Below are positions 1 to 9,010 of a stretch of 64,000 bases of DNA, in pieces. The DNA lies in NCBI GenBank assembly GCA_050944835.1, contig JBMNRV010000006.1:30999-94998 (forward strand), read 5' to 3'. The notes beneath the pieces were generated by a model. That model saw only the letters and a list, made by a program, of their open reading frames with translations, was not told the DNA's origin and made no database searches. A program made the translations under genes and the position numbers. Each line of letters opens with the position of its first letter. The first letter of the stretch is position 1. The DNA comes from Kiritimatiellia bacterium (GTDB lineage: Bacteria; Verrucomicrobiota; Kiritimatiellia; JAAZAB01).

Positions 1-471
1 CCGAGCGAAGGGCGCGATCAATTCCCGGGCTTCTTCAGAGCCCACGCCTTCAATGACTTCAATACCCGCCCGGCGCAATTGCCGGAAGCCGCGCCCACGA
101 TGCCGCGGGTTAGGATCACGGATGGCGGCAACCACCGTTTTGATGCCGGCGGCAATTATGGCCCCAGTACAGGGTGGAGTGCGCCCTTGAGTACAGCAGG
201 GTTCCAATGTCACATACAATGTGGCGCCACGGGCATGAGCGCCGGCAGCGGACAAGGCCAGCGCTTCTGCATGCGGAGTACCGGCGCCTTGATGCCAACC
301 GGAACCGATTATCCGGCCATGCTTGACCACTAATGCGCCGACAGGCGGATTAGGCCGAGTGAGCCCTTCAGCGCGGCGCGCCAGCGCCAATGCCTGTCGC
401 ATCAGGTCAAGATGCCTCTCGGCTGCCGCAGCGGCGCAAGCGGCAGTCGCTCGTCCACATTCTGTGGTCAT
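1..471 (-). CDS. ribD: Riboflavin biosynthesis protein RibD, N-terminal deaminase domain. Partial: the 3' part lies beyond the window start.
   Basis: Manual minus-strand translation from ATG (rc of 469-471) gives MTTECGRATAACAAAAERHLDLMRQALALARRAEGLTRPNPPVGALVVKHGRIIGSGWHQGAGTPHAEALAL...GATLYVTLEPCCTQGRTPPCTGAIIAAGIKTVVAAIRDPNP. This carries the HAE and PC..C zinc motifs of the CMP/dCMP-deaminase fold typical of RibD. The start overlaps the nusB stop (ATGA). It is absent from the ORF track because no stop lies in the window. Confidence 0.8.
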   Translation of the reverse strand, partial: MTTECGRATAACAAAAAERHLDLMRQALALARRAEGLTRPNPPVGALVVKHGRIIGSGWHQGAGTPHAEALALSAAGAHARGATLYVTLEPCCTQGRTPPCTGAIIAAGIKTVVAAIRDPNPRHRGRGFRQLRRAGIEVIEGVGSEEARELIAPFAR

Positions 472-881
472 GTCGTCACGTCCATACTTAGCCGCGCCTG
501 ATCGAGAATGCCATTTACGAATTTTCCCGATTCGCCACCGCTGAAGCGTTTGGCAAGGTCAACCGCCTCGTTGATGGAAACGATGGGCGGAATATCCGGC
601 CGGTAGCGCATTTCAAACAAGGCGATACGCAGGATACTACGGTCCACCGCATTAATTCGCTGCAACCCCCAGTTGGCGGCATGTTGCCGGATCAATTCAT
701 CCAACTCGTCACGGTGGGCGACAACACCGCGCACCAGATCGCCGGTGAACCGCTGCGATCTTTCATCCGCCTTCCGGTGTTGCCAGAACAGGGCCAGCGC
801 CTGATCGGGCGTCAGGGGGTTGAAGTCGAGTGAAAAAAGCACTTGCATGGCCCAAGCGCGCGCGGCATGACGAGTCGCCAT
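468..881 (-). CDS. nusB: Transcription antitermination factor NusB
   Basis: The 137 aa ORF has a NusB-like pattern (ALALFW...FTGDLVRGVV...LIRQHAANWGLQRINAVDRSILRIALFEM). It lies within the rib gene cluster, as is common. Confidence 0.9.
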   Translation of the reverse strand: MATRHAARAWAMQVLFSLDFNPLTPDQALALFWQHRKADERSQRFTGDLVRGVVAHRDELDELIRQHAANWGLQRINAVDRSILRIALFEMRYRPDIPPIVSINEAVDLAKRFSGGESGKFVNGILDQARLSMDVTT

Positions 882-1028
882 AATAACTCCTAACTAACTC
901 CTCTCCTTGATCCGTGACAGGCTAAGGGACAGCAGGGACGAAAGGGACGGCAGGGAGTGCGGGGCCGCACTGGCAGTGCAAACCACACGCACTGATATGT
1001 CACTTCCACCCATCCATCCTTCCACCCA

Positions 1029-1508
1029 TTAAGATTTCCCTGCCAACTGACGGCAAAGCGCCGCCATTTCGATGGCGGTCTGGGCGGCGCTCCAGCCACG
1101 GTTGCCCGCCTTGGTGCCGGAACGTTCGATGGCTTGCTCCAGATTATCGGCGACAACGATGCCGTCTATCACCGGGATATTTTCCTTGAGGGAGATTTGA
1201 ACTAACGCGCGCGTCACCTGACCGCCGATTAAGCCGGCATGCGGCGTGGCGCCTTGTATAACCGCGCCGAGAGCGATCAGGGCATCGCATTTCCCGCTCT
1301 GGGCCAGCTTTTGAGCCGCCAATGGAATTTCAAATGCGCCCGGCACCCAGACTACAGTAACGGCATCATCCGCGGCGCCGTGCCGTTTCAAGCAGTCCAA
1401 CGCGCCACGCAGCAGTTGGGAGGTGAACATATCATTAAACCGGCTGATGACAATCCCGAACCGCAATTGACGCGCAGTCAGTTCGGCGCTGATTTCCTTG
1501 ATTTTCAT
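1029..1508 (-). CDS. ribH: 6,7-dimethyl-8-ribityllumazine synthase
   Basis: The 159 aa ORF has lumazine synthase hallmarks (FGIVISRFNDMFTSQLL, VVWVPGAFEIP, ALGAVIQGATPH). It lies downstream of ribBA. Confidence 0.92.
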   Translation of the reverse strand: MKIKEISAELTARQLRFGIVISRFNDMFTSQLLRGALDCLKRHGAADDAVTVVWVPGAFEIPLAAQKLAQSGKCDALIALGAVIQGATPHAGLIGGQVTRALVQISLKENIPVIDGIVVADNLEQAIERSGTKAGNRGWSAAQTAIEMAALCRQLAGKS

Positions 1509-1537
1509 CTGATTGGTCTCCTGTGATGATTAACCGC

Positions 1538-2815
1538 TTACAATAAATGCCCCATCTTGCGGCGTTTTGTGTTAAGATACCGACGGTTGAAATTATTCGC
1601 CGGCAGCACGATCGGAACGCGCTCAACGATCTTAATTCCATATCCTTCAAGGCCGATGATTTTGCGCGGATTATTGGTCATCAGCCGGATGTTTTGCAAA
1701 CCTAAATCGGCAAGAATCTGGGCGCCTATTCCATAATCGCGCAAATCGGCGGCAAAGCCCAGACGTTGATTGGCTTGCACAGTGTCCAAGCCGGCCTCCT
1801 GAAGCTCATAAGCATGGAGTTTTTTCTCCAGTCCGATGCCCCGCCCCTCCTGGCGCATGTATAGGATGACACCGTGTTTTTCCGCAGCGATACGGCGCAT
1901 GGCAGCGTGCAGCTGCTGGCCGCAATCGCAACGCAACGACCCGAAAACGTCACCGGTCATGCACTCACTATGAACACGCGTCAATGCGGACTTCTGACGC
2001 TCCGGCTCGCCCATGACCAGCGCCATGTGGGTTTCCATACTAGTCAACACCTGATAAAGCTTGAGCTGGAAGATGCCGTAATCCGTGGGCAATGTGACGG
2101 AGTGGACACATTTCACCAGTTTCTCACTCCGTCTCCGGTAAGCGATCAAGTCGGCCACGGAAGCGATTTTGAGGCTATGGCGCCGGGCAAACTTCTGGAG
2201 GTCCGGCAGCCGGGCCATGTGGCCGTCCGACCGCATGATTTCGCAGATTACCCCTGCCGGCGGCAGACCGGCCAGGCGCGCGAGGTCCACGGAAGCTTCG
2301 GTATGGCCGGCGCGCTGCAACACGCCGCCGGGGCGCGCCGCAAGCGGGAAGATATGGCCGGGGCTGGTAAAGTCGCCCGGCACAGTCTTTTCATCCAGCA
2401 ACACCTTGATGGTGTGCGCCCGATCATAGGCGCTGATGCCGGTGGTCACTCCATGACGGGCATCCACAGACTCGGTAAAAGCCGTGCGCATATCGTCGGG
2501 CTCATGGGAGACGGCCGGGCGCGTGATGTGCAATTGCGCCAAACGCTCGGCGGTCATGGAAACACAGATCAGGCCGCGGCCATGAGTCGCCATGAAATTA
2601 ACGGCGCGTGGCGTAATCTTGGCGGCAGCCATCACGAGATCGCCTTCGTTCTCGCGGCATTCATCATCCACAATTATCACCATCGCCCCACGGCGGATGT
2701 CTTTTATAACGTCTTCAATAGAGTCGAACTTGGCGACAGCCCGACGGCGGGCGCGCGCAGGCGCAGCGGGTTTATCCGCGCTCGGTTTCGGAAGCTTTTT
2801 TTTCATGGCAGTCAT
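1538..2815 (-). CDS. ribBA: Bifunctional 3,4-dihydroxy-2-butanone-4-phosphate synthase / GTP cyclohydrolase II
   Basis: The 425 aa ORF has an N-terminal DHBP synthase half (IIVDDECRENEGDLVMAA, ICVSMT) and a C-terminal GTP cyclohydrolase II half (ECMTGDVFGSLRCDCG, ILYMRQEGRGIGL). Confidence 0.92.
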   Translation of the reverse strand: MTAMKKKLPKPSADKPAAPARARRRAVAKFDSIEDVIKDIRRGAMVIIVDDECRENEGDLVMAAAKITPRAVNFMATHGRGLICVSMTAERLAQLHITRPAVSHEPDDMRTAFTESVDARHGVTTGISAYDRAHTIKVLLDEKTVPGDFTSPGHIFPLAARPGGVLQRAGHTEASVDLARLAGLPPAGVICEIMRSDGHMARLPDLQKFARRHSLKIASVADLIAYRRRSEKLVKCVHSVTLPTDYGIFQLKLYQVLTSMETHMALVMGEPERQKSALTRVHSECMTGDVFGSLRCDCGQQLHAAMRRIAAEKHGVILYMRQEGRGIGLEKKLHAYELQEAGLDTVQANQRLGFAADLRDYGIGAQILADLGLQNIRLMTNNPRKIIGLEGYGIKIVERVPIVLPANNFNRRYLNTKRRKMGHLL

Positions 2816-3465
2816 GTGCTTTTACAATATGGCAGTAACGGATAAAGATTGGCGCCCGGACACAAGCTACGGCCCAAATCGCGGTGGCCGAAAACAGACG
2901 TGGCAGGGATGTGCCATGTCTGCCGCGCAGTTTTAATCAAACCGCAGAGCGATTGTATCTGCGACAGCGACGGGCGCTGTTCCTCAAAATTGCCCAACAA
3001 CATGATCCCCAGGTTGTTTTCGTTAAAACCGGACACATGCGCGCCGGCATAACATAAGGGCCGACCCGCCCAGATGCGCCCGGCATAATCAATGATGTAG
3101 TGGTAGGCGATATCCCCAAAACGGTTTTGCAGGTGCGCTTCCAGGATACCGTTGAGGGCGAAAATGGTGTCATCCCAACCGGTGCATGTAGTAACATCGT
3201 TACCGGCATGATGCACAGTCAGACGGGTATAATCATAGGCCGGACGCATCCGGGTCGGGCGCGGATTGAACCAAGTCCAGGCATGTCTGGGGAAAACCTC
3301 CACACCCGGCAGCAGGGAGACGGGATCGGACGGGGGCGGCGCCGGCGGGCATGCCGGCGCGAGCCGACGCATTCCCGTCCAGGCCGCAGCAGCCAGAACG
3401 CCCTTAATGAATGACCGTCGGCCAGTTGAACGGCCGCGTGTAATATATGAAATACCTTCTTGCAT
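2812..3465 (-). CDS. N-acetylmuramoyl-L-alanine amidase (Amidase_2/PGRP fold) with a Tat signal
   Basis: The 217 aa ORF has a twin-arginine signal (RRSFIKGVLAAAAWTG). It carries PGRP/AmiD-like motifs (VHHAGN, IAYHYIID, GAHVSGFNENNLGIMLLGNFEE, VFGHRD). Its 4 nt overlap with the ribBA start suggests an operon. Confidence 0.7.
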   Translation of the reverse strand: MQEGISYITRGRSTGRRSFIKGVLAAAAWTGMRRLAPACPPAPPPSDPVSLLPGVEVFPRHAWTWFNPRPTRMRPAYDYTRLTVHHAGNDVTTCTGWDDTIFALNGILEAHLQNRFGDIAYHYIIDYAGRIWAGRPLCYAGAHVSGFNENNLGIMLLGNFEEQRPSLSQIQSLCGLIKTARQTWHIPATSVFGHRDLGRSLCPGANLYPLLPYCKST

Positions 3466-3468
3466 GTC

Positions 3469-4173
3469 TTAATACAAATCCAGACAGACCAGACCCGGCT
3501 GGCTGGTCCAGCCATGGCGAATCTTCAGACCTTCCAGACAAGACCAGCAATGCTGTGTCAGCTCCTTCGCCAGCCGCCGCGATTTACGCGCAGTGGGCGG
3601 CGCCGAAAGAATCAGGCCAGACGCTTGGTGCAGCCGGCTTAATCCTAACAGGCCTTTGCCATCAGCGCCGTCCCAGATATCCGCCAGACGCGCCAAGGCG
3701 GCTTGCATAGCTCGCAGGACACCCATTTCCAATCCGGGCGCCGGTGACGAAACCAGCTTGGCCATATCCAAAACCCACAAAGTGCCCCCACCCAGGCTGG
3801 GGAATTTTACCGGACGCACTGCCCGCGATGTGAAAAAAAACGCCCACTCGTCCAAAGTCACACCGGCGGCGCAGGCGGCGTCGGCATAATGCCGCGAAAA
3901 ATCCAGTGTCCGCCCCACAGAATCCACCAGGCGACGAGCGGCATATTCGTCACCCACAGCCCATAGAGCGCGCGCCGTCAGCATCAACAGGTACTCCGAG
4001 GCGACGGTGGTACGTCCTTTATGCCGCAGGAAAGCCGCCACTGCTTCCGCCGCCACATGTCGGGTCATCTCTCCGGCTACACCGGGATGGGCAATGCCGG
4101 CATCCGTCAACTCGGCTTGAATATGTTTCACCAACGGGTCAGCCGGTGGTTCATTTGTGTAGTTCCAGATCAT
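3469..4173 (-). CDS. Hypothetical protein (no recognisable domain)
   Basis: The 234 aa ORF is co-directional and tightly packed between nrdR and the amidase gene, overlapping the nrdR stop by 4 nt. Coding is inferred from context and ORF length only. Confidence 0.45.
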   Translation of the reverse strand: MIWNYTNEPPADPLVKHIQAELTDAGIAHPGVAGEMTRHVAAEAVAAFLRHKGRTTVASEYLLMLTARALWAVGDEYAARRLVDSVGRTLDFSRHYADAACAAGVTLDEWAFFFTSRAVRPVKFPSLGGGTLWVLDMAKLVSSPAPGLEMGVLRAMQAALARLADIWDGADGKGLLGLSRLHQASGLILSAPPTARKSRRLAKELTQHCWSCLEGLKIRHGWTSQPGLVCLDLY

Positions 4174-4625
4174 TCGCGATTAACCAAGCCCCTGATTTCA
4201 GTTAGAAATTGATTGACGTCCTTAAATTGCCGATAAACCGAAGCAAAACGCACATAGGCTACTTCGTCAAGTTTTTCCAAGCGCTCCATGACTTTTTCCC
4301 CAATGGCCGTACTCGGTACATCACGGTCATATTCGCTATCAAGCTCATTGATGATGGAACTCACTATCTCTTCCATCTTCTCCATAGTTACCGAGCGCTT
4401 CTGACAGGCGCGCGTAATGCCACGCAGTAGTTTTTGCCGGTCGAATTCTTCCGTTCGACCATCCCGTTTCATCACCCGCAAACTGGTCTTAAGAATTTCC
4501 TCGTAGGTGGTGAACCGGTAGTCGCATTGCAGACAGACACGTCGGCGCCGGATGGAATTTCCGTCCCGCGCCGCGCGACTATCAATGACCTTATCGTTCA
4601 TGTGGCCGCATTTCGGACATCGCAT
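4170..4625 (-). CDS. nrdR: Transcriptional repressor NrdR
   Basis: The 151 aa ORF has an N-terminal zinc ribbon (MRCPKCGH...CLQCDYRFTTYE) followed by an ATP-cone (KRDGRTEEFDRQKLLRGI). Both are diagnostic of NrdR. Confidence 0.92.
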   Translation of the reverse strand: MRCPKCGHMNDKVIDSRAARDGNSIRRRRVCLQCDYRFTTYEEILKTSLRVMKRDGRTEEFDRQKLLRGITRACQKRSVTMEKMEEIVSSIINELDSEYDRDVPSTAIGEKVMERLEKLDEVAYVRFASVYRQFKDVNQFLTEIRGLVNRE

Positions 4626-4626
4626 G

Positions 4627-4758
4627 TCACTTCTCCGAGGGAAAATTCACGCTATTTCCATGCAATACTATCACAAGGTTATGGAAAATAAAGCGCAAAT
4701 GTTGCGGCGCTATTGGTTCCATTCCCCTTATCAATTCTCCCCCTTGCGATTCCTGCAT
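4627..4758 (-). other. 43-codon upstream ORF between the TTAGCCACAAAG element and nrdR (possible leader peptide)
   Basis: On the minus strand the sequence reads TTAGCCACAAAG ATG CAG GAA ... GAG AAG TGA c ATG(nrdR). The ORF starts at the ATG immediately after the dodecamer and stops 1 nt before the nrdR start codon. The peptide is MQESQGGELIRGMEPIAPQHLRFIFHNLVIVLHGNSVNFPSEK. Confidence 0.25.
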
Positions 4759-5150
4759 CTTTGTGGCTAATTTTTTCCATTTTCAGGTCAGCCGGAGTGT
4801 CCGACGGATCAGTCCGATCAGTCCGATCAGAAGAATTCTAACATCTCCTCTTGTGCCTCTTTGTGGCTAACTCCTCCGCGTCTCCATGCCGCCAGTGCGG
4901 CTCGCACCTCCGTGTGAGCCTTTCCTCTTTTCTCCTCTGTCCTTGGTTAAGTCCTATCCCTTCTTGTGCTTCTTGTGCCTCTTTGTGGCTAATATCTTCC
5001 GCCACCTCGGCGTCTTGGCGGTTCATCCTTCCCCTTCCTTGCTGTGTGGCTAATCCCTTTATTGACAAGCCCAATAAAAAAGGCTAGATTCCCAGCCACA
5101 AAGAAGAAAACCGGATGACACCGGATTCATGATGCTGGGAGGAGTATATT

Positions 5151-6866
5151 TTGGAACAGGAAAAAATGCGCCATAGCGTGGCGCATGTAATGGCGGCAGC
5201 GGTTTGCCGATTGTTCGACAAAGTCAGTCTGGACATTGGGCCGGCCACAGACGATGGTTTTTATTACGATTTCGATCTGGAGGCCCGGTTGACGCCGGAG
5301 GATTTCCCAGCTATCGAGGCAGAAATGGCCCGGATCATCGCGGCGGACCTGCCCTTTGAACGCTTGGAAGTTCCCCGTGCGCAAGCTGAGGAAATGTTGC
5401 GCGGTCAGACCTACAAGCTGGCGCGTTTAGCGGATATTCCAGCCGACGAACCAACCACCTTCTACCGTTGCGGCGAATTCTACGACCTTTGCCGCGGCCC
5501 GCACATTGAGCGCACCGGTCAGATCAAGGCATTCAAACTGCTGAATGTGGCCGGCTCGTATTACCGCGGCTTGGAAACCAATCCCATGCTGCAACGGATT
5601 TACGGCACAGCCGCCGCCGATGAAGCCACCCTTCAAGCCATCTTACAACGCTTGGAAGAAGCCAAGCAACGCGACCATCGCAAACTCGGGCGGGAGCTTG
5701 ATTTATTCAGCACGCATGAAATGGTCGGTCCCGGCCTGATTCATTGGCACCCGCGCGGGGCGCGTATCCGGGTGGTGATTGAAGATTTCTGGCGGCAGGC
5801 CCACCTGCGCAGCGGCTATGAATTGCTCTACACGCCGCATATCGGGCGGGCCACCTTGTGGGAAACCTCCGGGCATTTGGATTTCTACCGCGAGGGCATG
5901 TATGCCGCAATGGAAATTGACAATGCGGAATACTATCTCAAACCCATGAATTGCCCATTCCATATTCAGGTTTATAAATCCGCAAAACGCTCCTACCGCG
6001 AACTACCTCTGCGCTGGGCCGAGCTGGGCACAGTCTATCGCTACGAAAAAGCCGGCGTGTTGCATGGCCTCCTGCGGGTGCGGGGCTTCACGCAGGATGA
6101 CGCGCATATATTCTGTACACCCGAGGAGATGGCGGCGGAAATCAAGCGCACTCTGGACTTCGCCATGCGTATGCTGCGCGCCTTCGGCTTCACGGAAATT
6201 TCCGCCTATCTGGCCACCAGACCGGAGAAGGCGGTCGGCGAACAGTCCAGATGGGAGCAGGCCACTGCGGCGCTGGAGCAAGCTTTGCGGGAATTGCAGG
6301 TGGATTACCAACGGGATGAAGGCGGCGGCGCCTTTTACGGGCCTAAAGTGGATTTCAAAATTCAGGATGCCATCGGGCGCGCCTGGCAATTGGGCACAGT
6401 GCAGTTCGACTTCAACCTGCCCGAACGGTTTGACATGTCCTACATCGCCGAAGACGGCAAGCCGCATCGGCCATACATGATCCATCGGGCGTTGCTGGGC
6501 AGTCTCGAAAGATTTTTCGGAATATTAACGGAACATTACAAAGGCGCTTTCCCGCTCTGGTTAGCGCCGGAACAGGTGCGTGTGCTGCCTCTGACCGACC
6601 AGCAGCTTGATTACGCCAAGCAAGTGGCGGACACATTGCTGGCCGCGGGCGTGCGGGTAACGGTGGACGGCAGCGCCGGTAAAATTGGAGCAAAGATTCG
6701 CAATGCTCAGGTGGAAAAGATTCCCTACATGTTGGTGGTCGGCCCGCGCGAGGCCACCGCCGGCCGGGTATCTGTGCGCAGTCGCACGGCGGGTGACGAA
6801 GGCGACTGCCCACTGGAGGCATTCCGGGAGAAATTGGCGCGGGAATCCACTGCGCCGGAATACTAA
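5151..6866 (+). CDS. thrS: Threonine--tRNA ligase (lacks the N-terminal TGS domain)
   Basis: The 571 aa ORF begins with TTG at 5151 (an ATG follows at 5166). It aligns to ThrS from the editing domain onward (RHSVAHVMAAAV ~ RHSCAHLLGHAI). It carries class II aaRS motifs (KPMNCPFH, RVRGFTQDDAHIF, GAFYGPK, MIHRALLGSLERF) and an anticodon-binding C-terminus. Confidence 0.9.
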   Translation: MEQEKMRHSVAHVMAAAVCRLFDKVSLDIGPATDDGFYYDFDLEARLTPEDFPAIEAEMARIIAADLPFERLEVPRAQAEEMLRGQTYKLARLADIPADEPTTFYRCGEFYDLCRGPHIERTGQIKAFKLLNVAGSYYRGLETNPMLQRIYGTAAADEATLQAILQRLEEAKQRDHRKLGRELDLFSTHEMVGPGLIHWHPRGARIRVVIEDFWRQAHLRSGYELLYTPHIGRATLWETSGHLDFYREGMYAAMEIDNAEYYLKPMNCPFHIQVYKSAKRSYRELPLRWAELGTVYRYEKAGVLHGLLRVRGFTQDDAHIFCTPEEMAAEIKRTLDFAMRMLRAFGFTEISAYLATRPEKAVGEQSRWEQATAALEQALRELQVDYQRDEGGGAFYGPKVDFKIQDAIGRAWQLGTVQFDFNLPERFDMSYIAEDGKPHRPYMIHRALLGSLERFFGILTEHYKGAFPLWLAPEQVRVLPLTDQQLDYAKQVADTLLAAGVRVTVDGSAGKIGAKIRNAQVEKIPYMLVVGPREATAGRVSVRSRTAGDEGDCPLEAFREKLARESTAPEY

Positions 6867-6886
6867 CCATAACCAAGGAGGCAGTT

Positions 6887-7396
6887 ATTCGTACAACAAT
6901 CAGAGTTAATCACCGGATTCGCGTTCCGCAGGTCCGTTGTATTTCCGATACCGGCGAACAAATCGGCGTTCTTTCCACTTCCGAAGCTCTGCGTCTGGCG
7001 GAAAGCCGAGGGATGGACTTAGTGGAAATTTCGCCCAACGCTCAGCCGCCGGTATGCCGCATTATGAATTTCGGAAAGTACCGTTACGAGGAAAGCCGGA
7101 AGAAAAAGCTGGCGCGCAAAAATCAGAGCACTACGGTGGTGAAAGAGATCAAATTCCATCTGAACGTGGAAGAACATGACTACACCACCAAGCTGAACCG
7201 CATAAAGGATTTTCTGCAGAAGGGACAGCGCGTTAAGGTCTCGCTGATGTTCCGCGGCCGTGAAAACGAACACCGCGAATTAGGCTATGCCCTCTTCGAG
7301 CGGCTGCAAAACGATTGCGAAAAGGCCGGTGTCGCCGAAAGCCCGCCAAAACTTTTCGGAAACAATCTGGTCATGCTCCTTAAGCCGCAAAAATAA
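6887..7396 (+). CDS. infC: Translation initiation factor IF-3, with a non-canonical ATT start
   Basis: The track ORF (7013..7396) has the IF-3 C-terminal domain. Extending upstream in frame gives the IF-3 N-terminus IRTTIRVNHRIRVPQVRCISDTGEQIGVLSTSEALRLAESRGMDLVEISPNAQPPVCRIMNFGKY. This begins at ATT (6887-6889), 6 nt after an AAGGAGG Shine-Dalgarno sequence (6875-6881). The coding sequence 6887..7396 therefore begins about 20 nt after the thrS stop. Confidence 0.85.
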   Translation: MRTTIRVNHRIRVPQVRCISDTGEQIGVLSTSEALRLAESRGMDLVEISPNAQPPVCRIMNFGKYRYEESRKKKLARKNQSTTVVKEIKFHLNVEEHDYTTKLNRIKDFLQKGQRVKVSLMFRGRENEHRELGYALFERLQNDCEKAGVAESPPKLFGNNLVMLLKPQK

Positions 7397-7610
7397 GATT
7401 GAACCGCCAAGAACGCCAAGGTGGAGAAAGGGAATTAGTCACACACAAGGCACAAGGGACAGGAAGAGAAATTAGCCACAAAAAGGCACAAAAGGCACAA
7501 AAAGAGAAAGTTTGTTGGGCTGGAGTGGCATGTGTTCGTGTTCTGAAAAATCTTGTGAATCTTGTGCATCTTTGTGGCCAATTATCCGGGATCTGCGTCA
7601 ATCTGTGGTG

Positions 7611-7664
7611 CCAGTGCGGCTCGCACCGCCAGTGCGGCTCGCACCGCCAGTGCGGCTCGCACCT
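7611..7664. repeat. 3 x 18 nt tandem array (CCAGTGCGGCTCGCACCG); each unit is a GTGCG-AGC-CGCAC hairpin
   Basis: Direct reading shows three contiguous near-identical 18-mers. The array is the reverse complement of the one at 53574-53680. Confidence 0.9.
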
Positions 7665-7864
7665 GCGTGTGAGACCTCTCCCCAATCTGCGTTTATCTGC
7701 GTAATCTGCGGTTCCACTCCTCCGTCATCCGTGTCCATCCGTGTCTATCAGTGGTTCCTCTTCTTGGCGTCTCGGCGGTTTATCTTTCCTTCCCTTAGCG
7801 GTTTGCTATGGAATGTTAGTGGATTAAGCTTGTCTTTAACCATACCGGCAATTATCATGCGGGC

Positions 7865-9010
7865 ATGGAAAAGCAAGACGCAAAACAGGATGCGCTAAGT
7901 TGGAAAACTAACTGGCGGATTCCAAACGGCAATGCCGCCGGCTTGAAAGTCATCTCCGGTGATAATCCGGAAATCCGCTTTACCCCCGCCCCACACGGAG
8001 CCCGTCCGCTGTGGTTCTGTTTCCAAATCAAGCCGCCTCCCGGCGCCACCCCTGAATCCGGCAAATTGCGGCTGGTTCTGGAACATTACGACACCTTGCC
8101 CGGCGCTGTTGATCCCTCTGAATGCTGCCCGGTGTTCCGGCCGGCGGGACAATGGTGGATGCGGTTGTCAGGCGGCAGGCCGGAGACGACTCCGGATGGA
8201 CGAACCGCTGCTGTTTGGACGGTCAACCGCCCAACTGCGCCCATGGACGTAGCCCTTGGCTTCCCGTATGTTGACAGTGACCTCCGCCAGTTGCTCGACC
8301 GGAGCCGCGGCTTCTGGCAATCCGATCCCATCGGCATTTCTTCTGGCGGGCGCCCCTTGATCCGGCTGGCCAATGAGTATAACGCAGGCGCCCGGTTCCC
8401 CAGCGGCCTTTATCTGGTTGCCCGGCTGCGCGGCAATGACATGCCGGCGGCCTGGGTATTGGACGGCATACTGCAGCGTCTCGCCAGCGCCAAGAACAAT
8501 CCCTTTTTAATCTGGGCCGTGCCGCTGGCCGACCCGGATGCCGTGGCGGCAGGCGCCTGGCATTCCCCGCCGGATATGGCCAACGATTGGGCGGATACAC
8601 CGGCGCGGCATGAAACCGCCGTACTCCGTAAAGACATCGCCCGCTGGCACAACGCTTGCCGTGCCGTACTGGCCATCAACCTGCAGGCGGCGCCATTACG
8701 CGAAAAATCCGGCATTTATTGCGAATTGCCCGACGCGCAGCAGCATCCGGAAAAACATGCGCAGGCCTTGAAGTGGGCCAACGTTATGCAACATAAACTC
8801 GGGCAGGAATTCGCCGCGCCGGAATTTGTCCGCGTGGCGGCACCCGGCAAACAATGCTTTCTCTCATGGACGGCAATCGCGCTGAACGAAATATGCGCCT
8901 TAACCTTGCGGGTTCCCTGGGTCGGCACCGGCGCGGTTGGGTTCTCACCCAAAAAGTACCGCGAGGCAGGACGCTACATCGCGGATGCCCTGATCGAAAA
9001 ACGCCGGTGA
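7865..9010 (+). CDS. Hypothetical protein
   Basis: The 381 aa ORF sits between two repeat-rich spacers. It has no signal peptide, and I cannot assign a family from sequence alone. Confidence 0.45.
   Translation: MEKQDAKQDALSWKTNWRIPNGNAAGLKVISGDNPEIRFTPAPHGARPLWFCFQIKPPPGATPESGKLRLVLEHYDTLPGAVDPSECCPVFRPAGQWWMRLSGGRPETTPDGRTAAVWTVNRPTAPMDVALGFPYVDSDLRQLLDRSRGFWQSDPIGISSGGRPLIRLANEYNAGARFPSGLYLVARLRGNDMPAAWVLDGILQRLASAKNNPFLIWAVPLADPDAVAAGAWHSPPDMANDWADTPARHETAVLRKDIARWHNACRAVLAINLQAAPLREKSGIYCELPDAQQHPEKHAQALKWANVMQHKLGQEFAAPEFVRVAAPGKQCFLSWTAIALNEICALTLRVPWVGTGAVGFSPKKYREAGRYIADALIEKRR

Noticed and set aside
79-333. 84 aa plus-strand ORF at the window start
   Set aside because: The minus strand here encodes a clear RibD deaminase domain (HAE...PC..C). 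The plus frame is antisense noise.
1874-2845. 323 aa plus-strand ORF antisense to ribBA (and similar long antisense ORFs 6003-6485, 6412-6876, 17171-17620, 22317-22817, 23143-23925, 52814-53368)
   Set aside because: Each lies entirely within a strongly supported gene on the other strand. They have Arg/Ala/Gly-rich low-complexity translations typical of high-GC antisense frames. None has homology features.
4626-4760. FMN riboswitch or T-box-like leader upstream of nrdR/rib genes or thrS
   Set aside because: No RFN core (GGAT.CCG...AGTCAGCAGAT...GACAG) or T-box specifier/antiterminator motifs are visible. The leader is repeat-derived.
7611-7664. Possible CRISPR arrays at the 18/19-mer tandem repeats (7611-7664, 53574-53680, 58687-58820)
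   Set aside because: The units are only 18-19 nt and directly abut each other with no unique spacers. No cas genes are in the window. They are hairpin-type tandem repeats, not CRISPR.
7380-7898. ORFs 7380-7685(-), 7399-7704(+), 7512-7898(+) in the infC-downstream spacer
   Set aside because: They are composed entirely of dispersed repeat modules (dodecamer, 18-mer array, oligo-word repeats). Their translations are repetitive (RCEPHWRCEPHW; ISHKKAQKAQKEK) and they overlap one another in multiple frames.
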